Both the position numbers and the translations under genes were made by a program. The notes beneath the pieces were generated by a model that was given only the letters and a program-made list of their open reading frames with translations, made no database searches and was not told where the DNA came from. A DNA stretch of 64,000 bases from the human T2T-CHM13v2.0 reference genome, Homo sapiens, in NCBI RefSeq assembly GCF_009914755.1, contig NC_060948.1; one strand, given 5' to 3'. This document shows, piece after piece, positions 11,270-26,200 of the stretch (its first letter is position 1; each line of letters begins with the position of its first letter).

Positions 11270-14200
11270 GGACTGGAATCAAACGGAATGGAATGCAATG
11301 CAATCAAATGGCATGGAATAAAATAGAATGAAAGAGAATCAAATGGAATTGAATCGAATGGAATCGAATGGATTGGAAAGGAATAGAATGGAATGGAATG
11401 GAATTGACTCAAATGGAATGGACTAGAATGGAATGGATTCGAATGGAAGGCAAAGGAATGGAATCTATTGGAATGGACTGGAATGGAATGGAATGGAAGG
11501 GATTGGAATGGACTCGAATGGAATGGACTGCAATAGAAAGGATTCGAATGGAATGAAAAAGAATTGAATGGAATAGAACAGAATGGAATCAAATCGAATG
11601 AAATGGAATGGAATAGAAAGGAATGGAATGAAATGGAATGGAAAGGATTCGAATGGAATGCAATCGAATGGAATGGAATCGAACGGAATGGAATAAAATG
11701 GAAGAAAACTGGCAAGAAATGGAATCGAAATGAATGGAGTGTTATGGAACGGACTCAAAAGGAATTGAATGTAATAGAATGGAGTGGAGTGGACTCGAAT
11801 ATAATGGACTGGAATGGAATGAAATCACATGGAATGGGAACGAATGGAATGGAATGGAAAGGAATGGAATCGAATGGAAAGGAATCGAATGGAAGGGAAT
11901 GAAATTGAATCAACAGGAATGGAAGGGAATAGAATAGACGGTAATGGAATGGACTCGAATAGAATGGACACGAATGCTCAAATTGAATGGACTCGAATGG
12001 AATGGAAACGAAAGGAATGTCATCGAATGGAATTGAATCGATAGGAATGAAATCGCATAGAATGGAGTGGAATCAAATGGAATTGAATCGAAAGGAAAGG
12101 AAGCGAATGGACTGAAATGAAATGGAATGGAATTGAATGGAAAGTAATGCAATGGAATAGAATGGAACGAAATTTCACGGAATGGAATCAAACTGAATGG
12201 AATCAAATCAATGGAATCTAATCAAATGGAATGGAAAGGAATTGAATGGAGTAGATTGGATTGGATGGGATTGGAATGAAATGTACTGGAAAGGACTCGA
12301 ATTTCATGAAACGGAATGGAATGAATTGGAACGGAATGGACTCGAATGGAATGGAATGTCATGGAATGGCATCAAATGGAATGGCATCAAATGGAATGGA
12401 ATCGAATGCAATGGAATGCTATGGATTGGAATGGAATGCATTGGAATGGAACGTCCTCTAATGGAATGGATTCGAGTGGAATGGAATCGAATATAATGGA
12501 GTCGAATGAAATGGAATTGAAAGGAATGGGATCGAATAGAATGGAATATACTGAAATGTAATGTAATGAACTCGAATGTAATTGACTGGAATGGAATGTA
12601 CATGAATGGAATGTAATCGAATGGAAAGTAATCCAATGGAATAGAATCTAATGCAATAAAACCGACTCAGATAGAGTAGAATGTAATGGAATGGAGTGCA
12701 GTGCAATGGAATGGAATGGAATTGAATGCAATGGAATGGAATGGAATGGAATGGAATGGAATGGAATGGAATGGGATGGAATGGTATGGAATGGATAGTA
12801 ATGGACTGGAGTGAAATGGACTGGAAAGGAATGGACTCAAATTGAAAGGGCTCGAAAGGAATGGAGTCAAATGGAATGGTCTGGAATGGAATGAACACGA
12901 ATGTAATGCAATCCAATAGAGTGGAAACGAATGGCATGGAATATAAATAAATGGAATCGAAGAGAATGGAAACAAATGGAATGGAATTGAATGGAATGGA
13001 ATTGAATGGAATGGGAACGAATGGAGTGAAATTGTATGCAGTAGAAGGGAATAGAATGGAATGCAAGCGAAAGGAAAGGAATGGATTGGAATGGAATGGA
13101 ATTCATTGGAATGGAAGGGAATGTAGTGTAATGGACAGGCCTGGAATAAAGTGGAATGCTACGGTCTCGAATGGAATAAAAATGTATGGAATGGAATGCA
13201 ATGAAACGGAATCGAATGTCATAGAATGTAATGGAATGCAACAAAATGGAATCCAAAATCATTGACTGGAAAGGCTGGGTGTCGAAAGGAATTGACTCCA
13301 ATGGAATGGAATCGAATGGAATGGAAGTGAATAGAATCGAACTAAATCGAATGGAATGGAATTGATAGGAACGGAATGGAAAGGAATGCAATGATTTGGC
13401 ATGGAATGGAATCGAATGGCATCGAATGGAATGGAATGGAATGCAATGGAATGGAATGTATTAGAATGTAATGAACTTTAATGGAATGTACTCGAATGGA
13501 TTCGACTGGAATGGAATGTTCTGGAAGTGAATGGACTCCAATGGAATGGATTCAAAAGGAATGGAGTCGTACGGAATGGAATCTAATGGAATGGAATTAA
13601 ATGGAAATGAATCAAATTGAATAGCACGGAATTGAATTGAATGGAATGGAATGCAATGGAATCTAATGAAACGGAAAGGAAAGGAATGCAATGGAATGGA
13701 ATGGGCTGGAATGGAAAGGAATCGAAACGAATGGAATGGAATCGAACTGAAGAGACTGGAATGGAATGCACTGGAATGGAAGGGAGTGTAATGGAAGGTT
13801 CTCGAAAAAAATGGAATGGAATGGAATGGAATTGAATGGAACGGAATAGAGTCGAATGGAATTGAATGGAATGGAATGGACTAGAGTGAAATGGAATCGA
13901 ACCACAAGGAATGGACAGGAATAGAATGGTCTCGAATTGAATGGAATCGTATGGAATGGCATCAAACGGAATGGAATGGACAGCCACGGAATGGAATGCA
14001 CTCGAATGCAATGGAGTCGAAACTAATGGACTGGAATAGAATGGACTCGACTGGTACGGACTCCAATGGAAGGGAATCGAATGGAAGGGAATCGAACCGA
14101 ATGGACTCGAAGGGAAAAGACTGCAATGGAAAGGTCTCGAATGGAATGGAAATTAATGGAATGGAATGGAATCGAATGAAATGTAGTCAAAAGGAATGGA

Positions 14201-17200
14201 ATCGAATGGCAAGAAATCGAATGTAATGGAGTCGCAAGGAATTGATGTGAACGGAACGGAATGGAATGGAATCCAAAGGAATGGAATAGAATGGAATGGA
14301 ATCGAATGGAAAGGACTCGAATGGAAATCACTCGAATAGAATGCAATTTAATAAAATAGGATCAAATGTAATGGAATGGAATGGAAAGGAATCGAAACGA
14401 AAGGAATGGAGGCAGATTTAATGGAATAGAACAGAGAGCAATGGTATAGAATGGAATGGAATCATCTGGAATGGAATTGAATGGAATGGAATAATATGAA
14501 ATGGAATGGAATGGAATGGAATGGAATGCCCTTGAATTAAATGGACTGGAATGGAATGGACTCGAACAGAGTGGAATGGAAAGTGTTGAGATAGAATGGA
14601 ATGGACTCGTTTGGAATGGTCTAGTATGCAATGCAATCGACTGGCAGGGAATCAAAAGGAATGTAATCGAATGGATTGGACTGGAATGCAATGGACTCGA
14701 ATAGATTGCAAACGGAATGCAAAGGAATGGAATGGAATAGTATGGAATGGAGTGGAAAGGAAAGGAGTGGAATAGACTAGAGTGGAATGGAATGGACTGG
14801 AAAGCAATGGACTGGAATGGAACTTTCTTGAATGGACTGGAATCAAACGGAATGGAATGCAATGCAATCAAATGGCATGGAATAAAATAGAATGAAAGAG
14901 AATCAAATGGAATTGAATCGAATGGAATCGAATGGATTGGAAAGGAATAGAATGGAATGGAATGGAATTGACTCAAATGGAATGGATTCGAATGGAAGGC
15001 AAAGGAATGGAATCTATTGGAATGGACTGTAATGGAATGGAATGGAAGGGATTGGAATGGACTCGAATGGAATGGACTGCAATAGAAAGGATTCGAATGG
15101 AATGAAAAAGAATTGAATGGAATAGAACAGAATGGAATCAAATCGAATGAAATGGAATGGAATAGAAAGGAATGGAATGAAATGGAATGGAAAGGATTCG
15201 AATGGAATGCAATCGAATGGAATGGAATCGAACGGAATGGAATAAAATGGAAGAAAACTGGCAAGAAATGGAATCGAAATGAATGGAGTGTTATGGAACG
15301 GACTCAAAAGGAATTGAATGTAATAGAATGGAGTGGAGTGGACTCGAATATAATGGACTGGAATGGAATGAAATCACATGGAATGGGAACGAATGGAATG
15401 GAATGGAAAGGAATGGAATCGAATGGAAAGGAATCGAATGGAAGGGAATGAAATTGAATCAACAGGAATGGAAGGGAATAGAATAGACGGTAATGGAATG
15501 GACTCGAATAGAATGGACACGAATGCTCAAATTGAATGGACTCGAATGGAATGGAAACGAAAGGAATGTCATCGAATGGAATTGAATCGATTGGAATGAA
15601 ATCGCATAGAATGGAGTGGAATCAAATGGAATTGAATCGAAAGGAAAGGAAGCGAATGGACTGAAATGAAATGGAATGGAATTGAATGGAAAGTAATGCA
15701 ATGGAATAGAATGGAACGAAATTTCACGGAATGGAATCAAACTGAATGGAATCAAATCAATGGAATCTAATCAAATGGAATGGAAAGGAATTGAATGGAG
15801 TAGATTGGATTGGATGGGATTGGAATGAAATGTACTGGAAAGGACTCGAATTTCATGAAACGGAATGGAATGAATTGGAACGGAATGGACTCGAATGGAA
15901 TGGAATGTCATGGAATGGCATCAAATGGAATGGCATCAAATGGAATGGAATCGAATGCAATGGAATGCTATGGAATGGAATGGAATGCATTGGAATGGAA
16001 TGTCCTCAAATGGAATGGATTCGAGTGGAATGGAATCGAATATAATGGAGTCGAATGAAATGGAATTGAAAGGAATGGGATCGAATAGAATGGAATATAC
16101 TGAAATGTAATGTAATGAACTCGAATGTAATTGACTGGAATGGAATGTACATGAATGGAATGTGATCGAATGGAAAGTAATCCAATGGAATAGAATCTAA
16201 TGCAATAAAACCGACTCAGATAGAGTAGAATGTAATGGAATGGAGTGCAGTGCAATGGAATGGAATGGAATTGAATGCAATGGAATGGAATGGAATGGAA
16301 TGGAATGGAATGGAATGGGATGGAATGGTATGGAATGGATAGTAATGGACTGGAGTGAAATGGACTGGAAAGGAATGGACTCAAATTGAAAGGGCTCGAA
16401 AGGAATGGAGTCAAATGGAATGGTCTGGAATGGAATGAAAACGAATGTAATGCAATCCAATAGAATGGAAACGAATGGCATGGAATATAAAGAAATGGAA
16501 TCGAAGAGAATGGAAACAAATGGAATGGAATTGAATGGAATGGAATTGAATGGAATGGGAACGAATGGAGTGAAATTGTATGCAGTAGAAGGGAATAGAA
16601 TGGAATGCAAGCGAAAGGAAAGGAATGGATTGGAATGGAATGGAATTCATTGGAATGGAAGGGAATGTAGTGTAATGGACAGGCCTGGAATAAAGTGGAA
16701 TGCTACGGTCTCGAATGGAATAAAAATGTATGGAATGGAATGCAATGAAACGGAATCGAATGTCATAGAATGTAATGGAATGCAACAAAATGGAATCCAA
16801 AATCATTGACTGGAAAGGCTGGGTGTCGAAAGGAATTGACTCCAATGGAATGGAATCGAATGGAATGGAAGTGAATAGAATCGAACTAAATCGAATGGAA
16901 TGGAATTGATAGGAACGGAATGGAAAGGAATGCAATGATTTGGCATGGAATGGAATCGAATGGCATCGAATGGAATGGAATGGAATGCAATGGAATGGAA
17001 TGTATTAGAATGTAATGAACTTTAATGGAATGTACTCGAATGGATTCGACTGGAATGGAATGTTCTGGAAGTGAATGGACTCCAATGGAACGGATTCAAA
17101 ACGAATGGAATCGTACGGAATGGAATCTAATGGAATGGAATTAAATGGAAATGAATCAAATTGAATAGCACGGAATTGAATTGAATGGAATCGAATGCAA

Positions 17201-20200
17201 TGGAATCTAATGAAACGGAAAGGAAAGGAATGCAATGGAATGGAATGGGCTGGAATGGAAAGGAATCGAAACGAATGGAATGGAATCGAACTGAAGAGAC
17301 TGGAATGGAATGCACTGGAATGGAAGGGAGTGTAATGGAAGGTTCTCGAAAAAAATGGAATCGAATGGAATGGAATTGAATGGAACGGAATAGAGTCGAA
17401 TGGAATTGAATGGAATGGAATGGACTAGAGAGAAATGGAATCGAACCACAAGGAATGGAGAGGAATAGAATGGTCTCGAATTGAATGGAATCGTATGGAA
17501 TGGCATCAAACGGAATGGAATGGACAGCCACGGAATGGAATGCACTCGAATGCAATGGAGTCGAAACTAATGGACTGGAATAGAATGGACTCGACTGGTA
17601 CGGACTCCAATGGAATGGAATCGAATGGAAGGGAATCGAACGGAATGGACTCGAAGGGAAAAGACTGCAATGGAAAGGTCTCGAATGGAATGGAAATTAA
17701 TGGAATGGAATGGAATCGAATGAAATGGAGTCAAAAGGAATGGAATCGAATGGCAAGAAATCGAATGTAATGGAATCGCAAGGAATTGATGTGAACGGAA
17801 CGGAATGGAATGGAATCCAAAGGAATGGAATAGAATGGAATGGAATCGAATGGAAAGGACTCGAATGGAAATCACTCGAATAGAATGCAATTTAATAAAA
17901 TAGGATCAAATGTAATGGAATGGAATGGAAAGGAATCGAAACGAAAGGAATGGAGACAGATGGAATGGAATGGAACAGAGAGCAATGGTATAGAATGGAA
18001 TGGAATCATCTGGAATGGAATTGAATGGAATGGAATAATATGAAATGGAATGGAATGGAATGGAATGGAATGCCCTTGAATTAAATGGACTGGAATGGAA
18101 TGGACTCGAACAGAGTGGAATGGAAAGTGTTGAGATAGAATGGAATGGACTCGTTTGGAATGGTCTAGTATGCAATGCAATCGACTGGCAGGGAATCAAA
18201 AGGAATGTAATCGAATGGATTGGACTGGAATGCAATGGACTCGAATAGATTGCAAACGGAATGCAAAGGAATGGAATGGAATAGTATGGAATGGAATGGA
18301 AAGGAATGGAGTGGAATAGACTAGAGTGGAATGGAATGGACTGGAAAGCAATGGACTGGAATGGAACTTTCTTGAATGGACTGGAATCAAACGGAATGGA
18401 ATGCAGTGCAATCAAATGGCATGGAATAAAATAGAATGAAAGAGAATGAAATGGAATTGAATCGAATGGAATCGAATGGATTGGAAAGGAATAGAATGGA
18501 ATGGAATGGAATTGACTCAAATGGAATGGACTAGAATGGAATGGATTCGAATGGAAGGCAAAGGAATGGAATCTATTGGAATGGACTGTAATGGAATGGA
18601 ATGGAAGGGATTGGAATGGACTCGAATGGAATGGACTGCAATAGAAAGGATTCGAATGGAATGAAAAAGAATTGAATGGAATAGAACAGAATGGAATCAA
18701 ATCGAATGAAATGGAATGGAATAGAAAGGAATGGAATGAAATGGAATGGAAAGGATTCGAATGGAATGCAATCGAATGGAATGGAATCGAACGGAATGGA
18801 ATAAAATGGAAGAAAACTGGCAAGAAATGGAATCGAAATGAATGGAGTGTTATGGAACGGACTCAAAAGGAATTGAATGTAATAGAATGGAGTGGAGTGG
18901 ACTCGAATATAATGGACTGGAATGGAATGAAATCACATGGAATGGGAACGAATGGAATGGAATGGAAAGGAATGGAATCGAATGGAAAGGAATCGAATGG
19001 AAGGGAATGAAATTGAATCAACAGGAATGGAAGGGAATAGAATAGACGGTAATGGAATGGACTCGAATAGAATGGACACGAATGCTGAAATTGAATGGAC
19101 TCGAATGGAATGGCAACGAAAGGAATGTCATCGAATGGAATTGAATCGATTGGAATGAAATCGCATAGAATGGAGTGGAATCAAATGGAATTGAATCGAA
19201 AGGAAAGGAAGCGAATGGACTGAAATGAAATGGAATGGAATTGAATGGAAAGTAATGCAATGGAATAGAATGGAACGAAATTTCACGGAATGGAATCAAA
19301 CTGAATGGAATCAAATCAATGGAATCTAATCAAATGGAATGGAAAGGAATTGAATGGAGTAGATTGGATTGGATGGGATTGGAATGAAATGTACTGGAAA
19401 GGACTCGAATTTCATGAAACGGAATGGAATGAATTGGAACGGAATGGACTCGAATGGAATGGAATGTCATGGAATGGCATCAAATGGAATGGCATCAAAT
19501 GGAATGGAATCGAATGCAATGGAATGCTACGGAATGGAATGGAATGCATTGGAATGGAAAGTCCTCTAATGGAATGTATTCGAGTGGAATGGAATCGAAT
19601 ATAATGGAGTCGAATGAAATGGAATTGAAAAGAATGGGATCAAATACAATGGAATATACTGGAATGTAATGTAATGAACTCGAATGTAATTGACTGGAAT
19701 GGAATGTACATGAATGGAATGTAATCGAATGGAAAGTAATCCAATGGAATAGAAACTAATGCAATAAAATCGACTCAAATAGAGTAGAATGTAATGGAAT
19801 GGAGTGCAGTGCAATGGAATGGAATGGAATGGAATGCAATGGAATGGAATGGATTGGAATGGAATGGGATGGAATGGTGTGGAATGGATAGTAATGGACT
19901 GGTGTGAAATGGACTGGAAAGGAATGGACTCAAATTGAAAGGGCTCGAAAGGAATGGAGTCAAATGGAATGGTCTGGAATGGAATGAACACGAATGTAAT
20001 GCAATCCAATAGAATGGAATCGAATGGCATGGAACATAAAGAAATGGAATCGAAGAGAATGGAAACAAATGGAATGGAATTGAATGGAATGGAATTGAAT
20101 GGAATGGGAAGGAATGGAGTGAAATTGTATGCAGTAGTAGAGAATAGAATGGAATGCAAGTGAAAGGAAAGGAATGGATTGGAATGGAATGGAATTCATT

Positions 20201-23200
20201 GGAATGGAAGGGAATGTAGTGTAATGGACAGGCCTGGAATAAAGTGGAATGCTACGGTCTCGAATGGAATAAAAATGTATGGAATGGAATGCAATGAAAC
20301 GGAATCGAATGTCATAGAATGTAATGGAATGCAACAAAATGGAATCCAAAATCATTGACTGGAAAGGCTGGGTGTCGAAAGGAATTGACTCCAATGGAAT
20401 GGAATCGAATGGAATGGAAGTGAATAGAATCGAACTAAATCGAATGGAATGGAATTGATAGGAACGGAATGGAAAGGAATGCAATGATTTGGCATGGAAT
20501 GGAATCGAATGGCATCGAATGGAATGGAATGGAATGCAATGGAATGGAATGTATTAGAATGTAATGAACTTTAATGGAATGTACTCGAATGGATTCGACT
20601 GGAATGGAATGTTCTGGAAGTGAATGGACTCCAATGGAATGGATTCAAAAGGAATGGAATCGTACGGAATGGAATCTAATGGAATGGAATTAAATGGAAA
20701 TGAATCAAATTGAATAGCACGGAATTGAATTGAATGGAATGGAATGCAATGGAATCTAATGAAACGGAAAGGAAAGGAATGGAATGGAATGGAATGGGCT
20801 GGAATGGAAAGGAATCGAAACGAATGGAATGGAATCGAACTGAAGAGACTGGAATGGAATGCACTGGAATGGAAGGGAGTGTAATGAAGGTTCTCGAAAA
20901 AAATGGAATCGACTGGAATGGAATTGAATGGAACGGAATAGAGTCGAATGGAATTGAATGGAATGGAATGGACTAGAGTGAAATGGAATCGAACCACAAG
21001 GAATGGACAGGAATAGAATGGTCTCGAATTGAATGGAATCGTATGGAATGGCATCAAACGGAATGGAATGGACAGCCACGGAATGGAATGCACTCGAATG
21101 CAATGGAGTCGAAACTAATGGACTGGAATAGAATGGACTCGACTGGTACGGACTCCAATGGAATGGAATCGAATGGAAGGGAATCGAACGGAATGGACTC
21201 GAAGGGAAAGACTGCAATGGAAAGGTCTTGAATGGAATGGAAATTAATGGAATGGAATGGAATCGAATGAAATGGAGTCAAAAGGAATGGAATCGAATGG
21301 CAAGAAATCGAATGTAATGGAATCGCAAGGAATTGATGTGAACGGAACGGAATGGAATGGAATCCAAAGGAATGGAATAGAATGGAATGGAATCGAATGG
21401 AAAGGACTCGAATGGAAATCACTCGAATAGAATGCAATTTAATAAAATAGGATCAAATGTAATGGAATGGAATGGAAAGGAATCGAAACGAAAGGAATGG
21501 AGACAGATGGAATGGAATGGAACAGAGAGCAATGGTATAGAATGGAATGGAATCATCTGGAATGGAATTGAATGGAATGGAATAATATGAAATGGAATGG
21601 AATGGAATGGAATGGAATGCCCTTGAATTAAATGGACTGGAATGGAATGGACTCGAACAGAGTGGAATGGAAAGTGTTGAGATAGAATGGAATGGACTCC
21701 TTTGGAATGGTGTAGTATGCAATGCAATCGACTGGCAGGGAATCAAAAGGAATGTAATCGAATGGATTGGACTGGAATGCAATGGACTCGAATAGATTGG
21801 AAACGGAATGCAAAGGAATGGAATGGAATAGTATGGAATGGAATGGAAAGGAATGGAGTGGAATAGACTAGAGTGGAATGGAATGGACTGGAAAGCAATG
21901 GACTGGAATGGAACTTTCTTGAATGGACTGGAATCAAACGGAATGGAATGCAATGCAATCAAATGGCATGGAATAAAATAGAATGAAAGAGAATCAAATG
22001 GAATTGAATCGAATGGAATCGAATGGATTGGAAAGGAATAGAATGGAATGGAATGGAATTGACTCAAATGGAATGGACTAGAATGGAATGGATTCGAATG
22101 GAAGGCAAAGGAATGGAATCTATTGGAATGGACTGTAATGGAATGGAATGGAAGGGATTGGAATGGACTCGAATGGAATGGACTGCAATAGAAAGGATTC
22201 GAATGGAATGAAAAAGAATTGAATGGAATAGAACAGAATGGAATCAAATCGAATGAAATGGAATGGAATAGAAAGGAATGGAATGAAATGGAATGGAAAG
22301 GATTCGAATGGAATGCAATCGAATGGAATGGAATCGAACGGAATGGAATAAAATGGAAGAAAACTGGCAAGAAATGGAATCGAAATGAATGGAGTGTTAT
22401 GGAACAGACTCAAAAGGAATTGAATGTAATAGAATGGAGTGGAGTGGACTCGAATATAATGGACTGGAATGGAATGAAATCACATGGAATGGGAACGAAT
22501 GGAATGGAATGGAAAGGAATGGAATCGAATGGAAAGGAATCGAATGGAAGGGAATGAAATTGAATCAACAGGAATGGAAGGGAATAGAATAGACGGTAAT
22601 GGAATGGACTCGAATAGAATGGACACGAATGCTCAAATTGAATGGACTCGAATGGAATGGAAACGAAAGGAATGTCATCGAATGGAATTGAATCGATTGG
22701 AATGAAATCGCATAGAATGGAGTGGAATCAAATGGAATTGAATCGAAAGGAAAGGAAGCGAATGGACTGAAATGAAATGGAATGGAATTGAATGGAAAGT
22801 AATGCAATGGAATAGAATGGAACGAAATTTCACGGAATGAATCAAACTGAATGGAATCAAATCAATGGAATCTAATCAAATGGAATGGAAAGGAATTGAA
22901 TGGAGTAGATTGGATTGGATGGGATTGGAATGAAATGTACTGGAAAGGACTCGAATTTCATGAAACGGAATGGAATGAATTGGAACGGAACGGACTCGAA
23001 TGGAATGGAATGTCATGGAATGGCATCAAATGGAATGGCATCAAATGGAATGGAATCGAATGCAATGGAATGCTATGGAATGGAATGGAATGCATTGGAA
23101 TGGAATGTCCTCAAATGGAATGGATTCGAGTGGAATGGAATCGAATATAATGGAGTCGAATGAAATGGAATTGAAAGGAATGGGATCGAATAGAATGGAA

Positions 23201-26200
23201 TATACTGAAATGTAATGTAATGAACTCGAATGTAATTGACTGGAATGGAATGTACATGAATGGAATGTAATCGAATGGAAAGTAATCCAATGGAATAGAA
23301 TCTAATGCAATAAAACCGACTCAGATAGAGTAGAATGTAGTGGAATGGAGTGCAGTGCAATGGAATGGAATGGAATGGAATGCAATGGAATGGAATGGAA
23401 TGGAATGGAATGGAATGGAATGGGATGGAATGGTATGGAATGGATAGTAATGGACTGGAGTGAAATGGACTGGAAAGGAATGGACTCAAATTGAAAGGGC
23501 TCGAAAGGAATGGAGTCAAATGGAATGGTCTGGAATGGAATGAAAACGAATGTAATGCAATCCAATAGAATGGAAACGAATGGCATGGAATATAAAGAAA
23601 TGGAATCGAAGAGAATGGAAACAAATGGAATGGAATTGAATGGAATGGAATTGAATGGAATGGGAACGAATGGAGTGAAATTGTATGCAGTAGAAGGGAA
23701 TAGAATGGAATGCAAGCGAAAGGAAAGGAATGGATTGGAATGGAATGGAATTCATTGGAATGGAAGGGAATGTAGTGTAATGGACAGGCCTGGAATAAAG
23801 TGGAATGCTACGGTCTCGAATGGAATAAAAATGTATGGAAAGGAATGCAATGAAACGGAATCGAATGTCATAGAATGTAATGGAATGCAACAAAATGGAA
23901 TCCAAAATCATTGACTGGAAAGGCTGGGTGTCGAAAGGAATTGACTCCAATGGAATGGAATCGAATGGAATGGAAGTGAATAGAATCGAACTAAATCGAA
24001 TGGAATGGAATTGATAGGAACGGAATGGAAAGGAATGCAATGATTTGGCATGGAATGGAATCGAATGGCATCGAATGGAATGGAATGGAATGCAATGGAA
24101 TGGAATGTATTAGAATGTAATGAACTTTAATGGAATGTACTCGAATGGATTCGACTGGAATGGAATGTTCTGGAAGTGAATGGACTCCAATGGAATGGAT
24201 TCAAAACGAATGGAATCTTACGGAATGGAATCTAATGGAATGGAATTAAATGGAAATGAATCAAATTGAATAGCACGGAATTGAATTGAATGGAATGGAA
24301 TGCAATGGAATCTAATGAAACGGAAAGGAAAGGAATGGAATGGAATGGAATGGGCTGGAATGGAAAGGAATCGAAACGAATGGAATGGAATCGAACTGAA
24401 GAGACTGGAATGGAATGCACTGGAATGGAAGGGAGTGTAATGGAAGGTTCTCGAAAAAAATGGAATCGAATGGAATGGAATTGAATGGAACGGAATAGAG
24501 TCGAATGGAATTGAATGGAATGGAATGGACTAGAGTGAAATGGAATCGAACCACAAGGAATGGAGAGGAATAGAATGGTCTCGAATTGAATGGAATCGTA
24601 TGGAATGGCATCAAACGGAATGGAATGGACAGCCACGGAATGGAATGCACTCGAATGCAATGGAGTCGAAACTAATGGACTGGAATAGAATGGACTCGAC
24701 TGGTACGGACTCCAATGGAAGGGAATCGAACGGAAGGGAATCGAACGGAATGGACTCGAAGGGAAAAGACTGCAATGGAAAGGTCTCGAATGGAATGGAA
24801 ATTAATGGAATGGAATGGAATCGAATGAAATGGAGTCAAAAGGAATGGAATCGAATGGCAAGAAATCGAATGTAATGGAATCGCAAGGAATTGATGTGAA
24901 CGGAACGGAATGGAATGGAATCCAAAGGAATGGAATAGAATGGAATGGAATCGAATGGAAAGGACTCGAATGGAAATCACTCGAATAGAATGCAATTTAA
25001 TAAAATAGGATCAAATGTAATGGAATGGAATGGAAAGGAATCGAAACGAAAGGAATGGAGACAGATGGAATGGAATGGAATGGAACAGAGAGCAATGGTA
25101 TAGAATGGAATGGAATCATCTGGAATGGAATTGAATGGAATGGAATAATATGAAATGGAATGGAATGGAATGGAATGGAATGCCCTTGAATTAAATGGAC
25201 TGGAATGGAATGGACTCAAACAGAGTGGAATGGAAAGTGTTGAGATAGAATGGAATGGACTCGTTTGGAATGGTCTAGTATGCAATGCAATCGACTGGCA
25301 GGGAATCAAAAGGAATGTAATCGAATGGATTGGACTGGAATGCAATGGACTCGAATAGATTGCAAACGGAATGCAAAGGAATGGAATGGAATAGTATGGA
25401 ATGGAATGGAAAGGAATGGAGTGGAATAGACTAGAGTGGAATGGAATGGACTGGAAAGCAATGGACTGGAATGGAACTTTCTTGAATGGACTGGAATCAA
25501 ACGGAATGGAATGCAATGCAATCAAATGGCATGGAATAAAATAGAATGAAAGAGAATCAAATGGAATTGAATCGAATGGAATCGAATGGATTGGAAAGGA
25601 ATAGAATGGAATGGAATGGAATGGACTAGAATGGAATGGATTCGAATGGAAGGCAAAGGAATGGAATCTATTGGAATGGACTGTAATGGAATGGAATGGA
25701 AGGGATTGGAATGGACTCGAATGGAATGGACTGCAATAGAAAGGATTCGAATGGAATGAAAAAGAATTGAATGGAATAGAACAGAATGGAATCAAATCGA
25801 ATGAAATGGAATGGAATAGAAAGGAATGGAATGAAATGGAATGGAAAGGATTCGAATGGAATGCAATCGAATGGAATGGAATCGAACGGAATGGAATAAA
25901 ATGGAAGAAAACTGGCAAGAAATGGAATCGAAATGAATGGAGTGTTATGGAACGGACTCAAAAGGAATTGAATGTAATAGAATGGAGTGGAGTGGACTCG
26001 AATATAATGGACTGGAATGGAATGAAATCACATGGAATGGGAACGAATGGAATGGAATGGAAAGGAATGGAATCGAATGGAAAGGAATCGAATGGAAGGG
26101 AATGAAATTGAATCAACAGGAATGGAAGGGAATAGAATAGACGGTAATGGAATGGACTCGAATTGAATGGACACGAATGCTCAAATTGAATGGACTCGAA

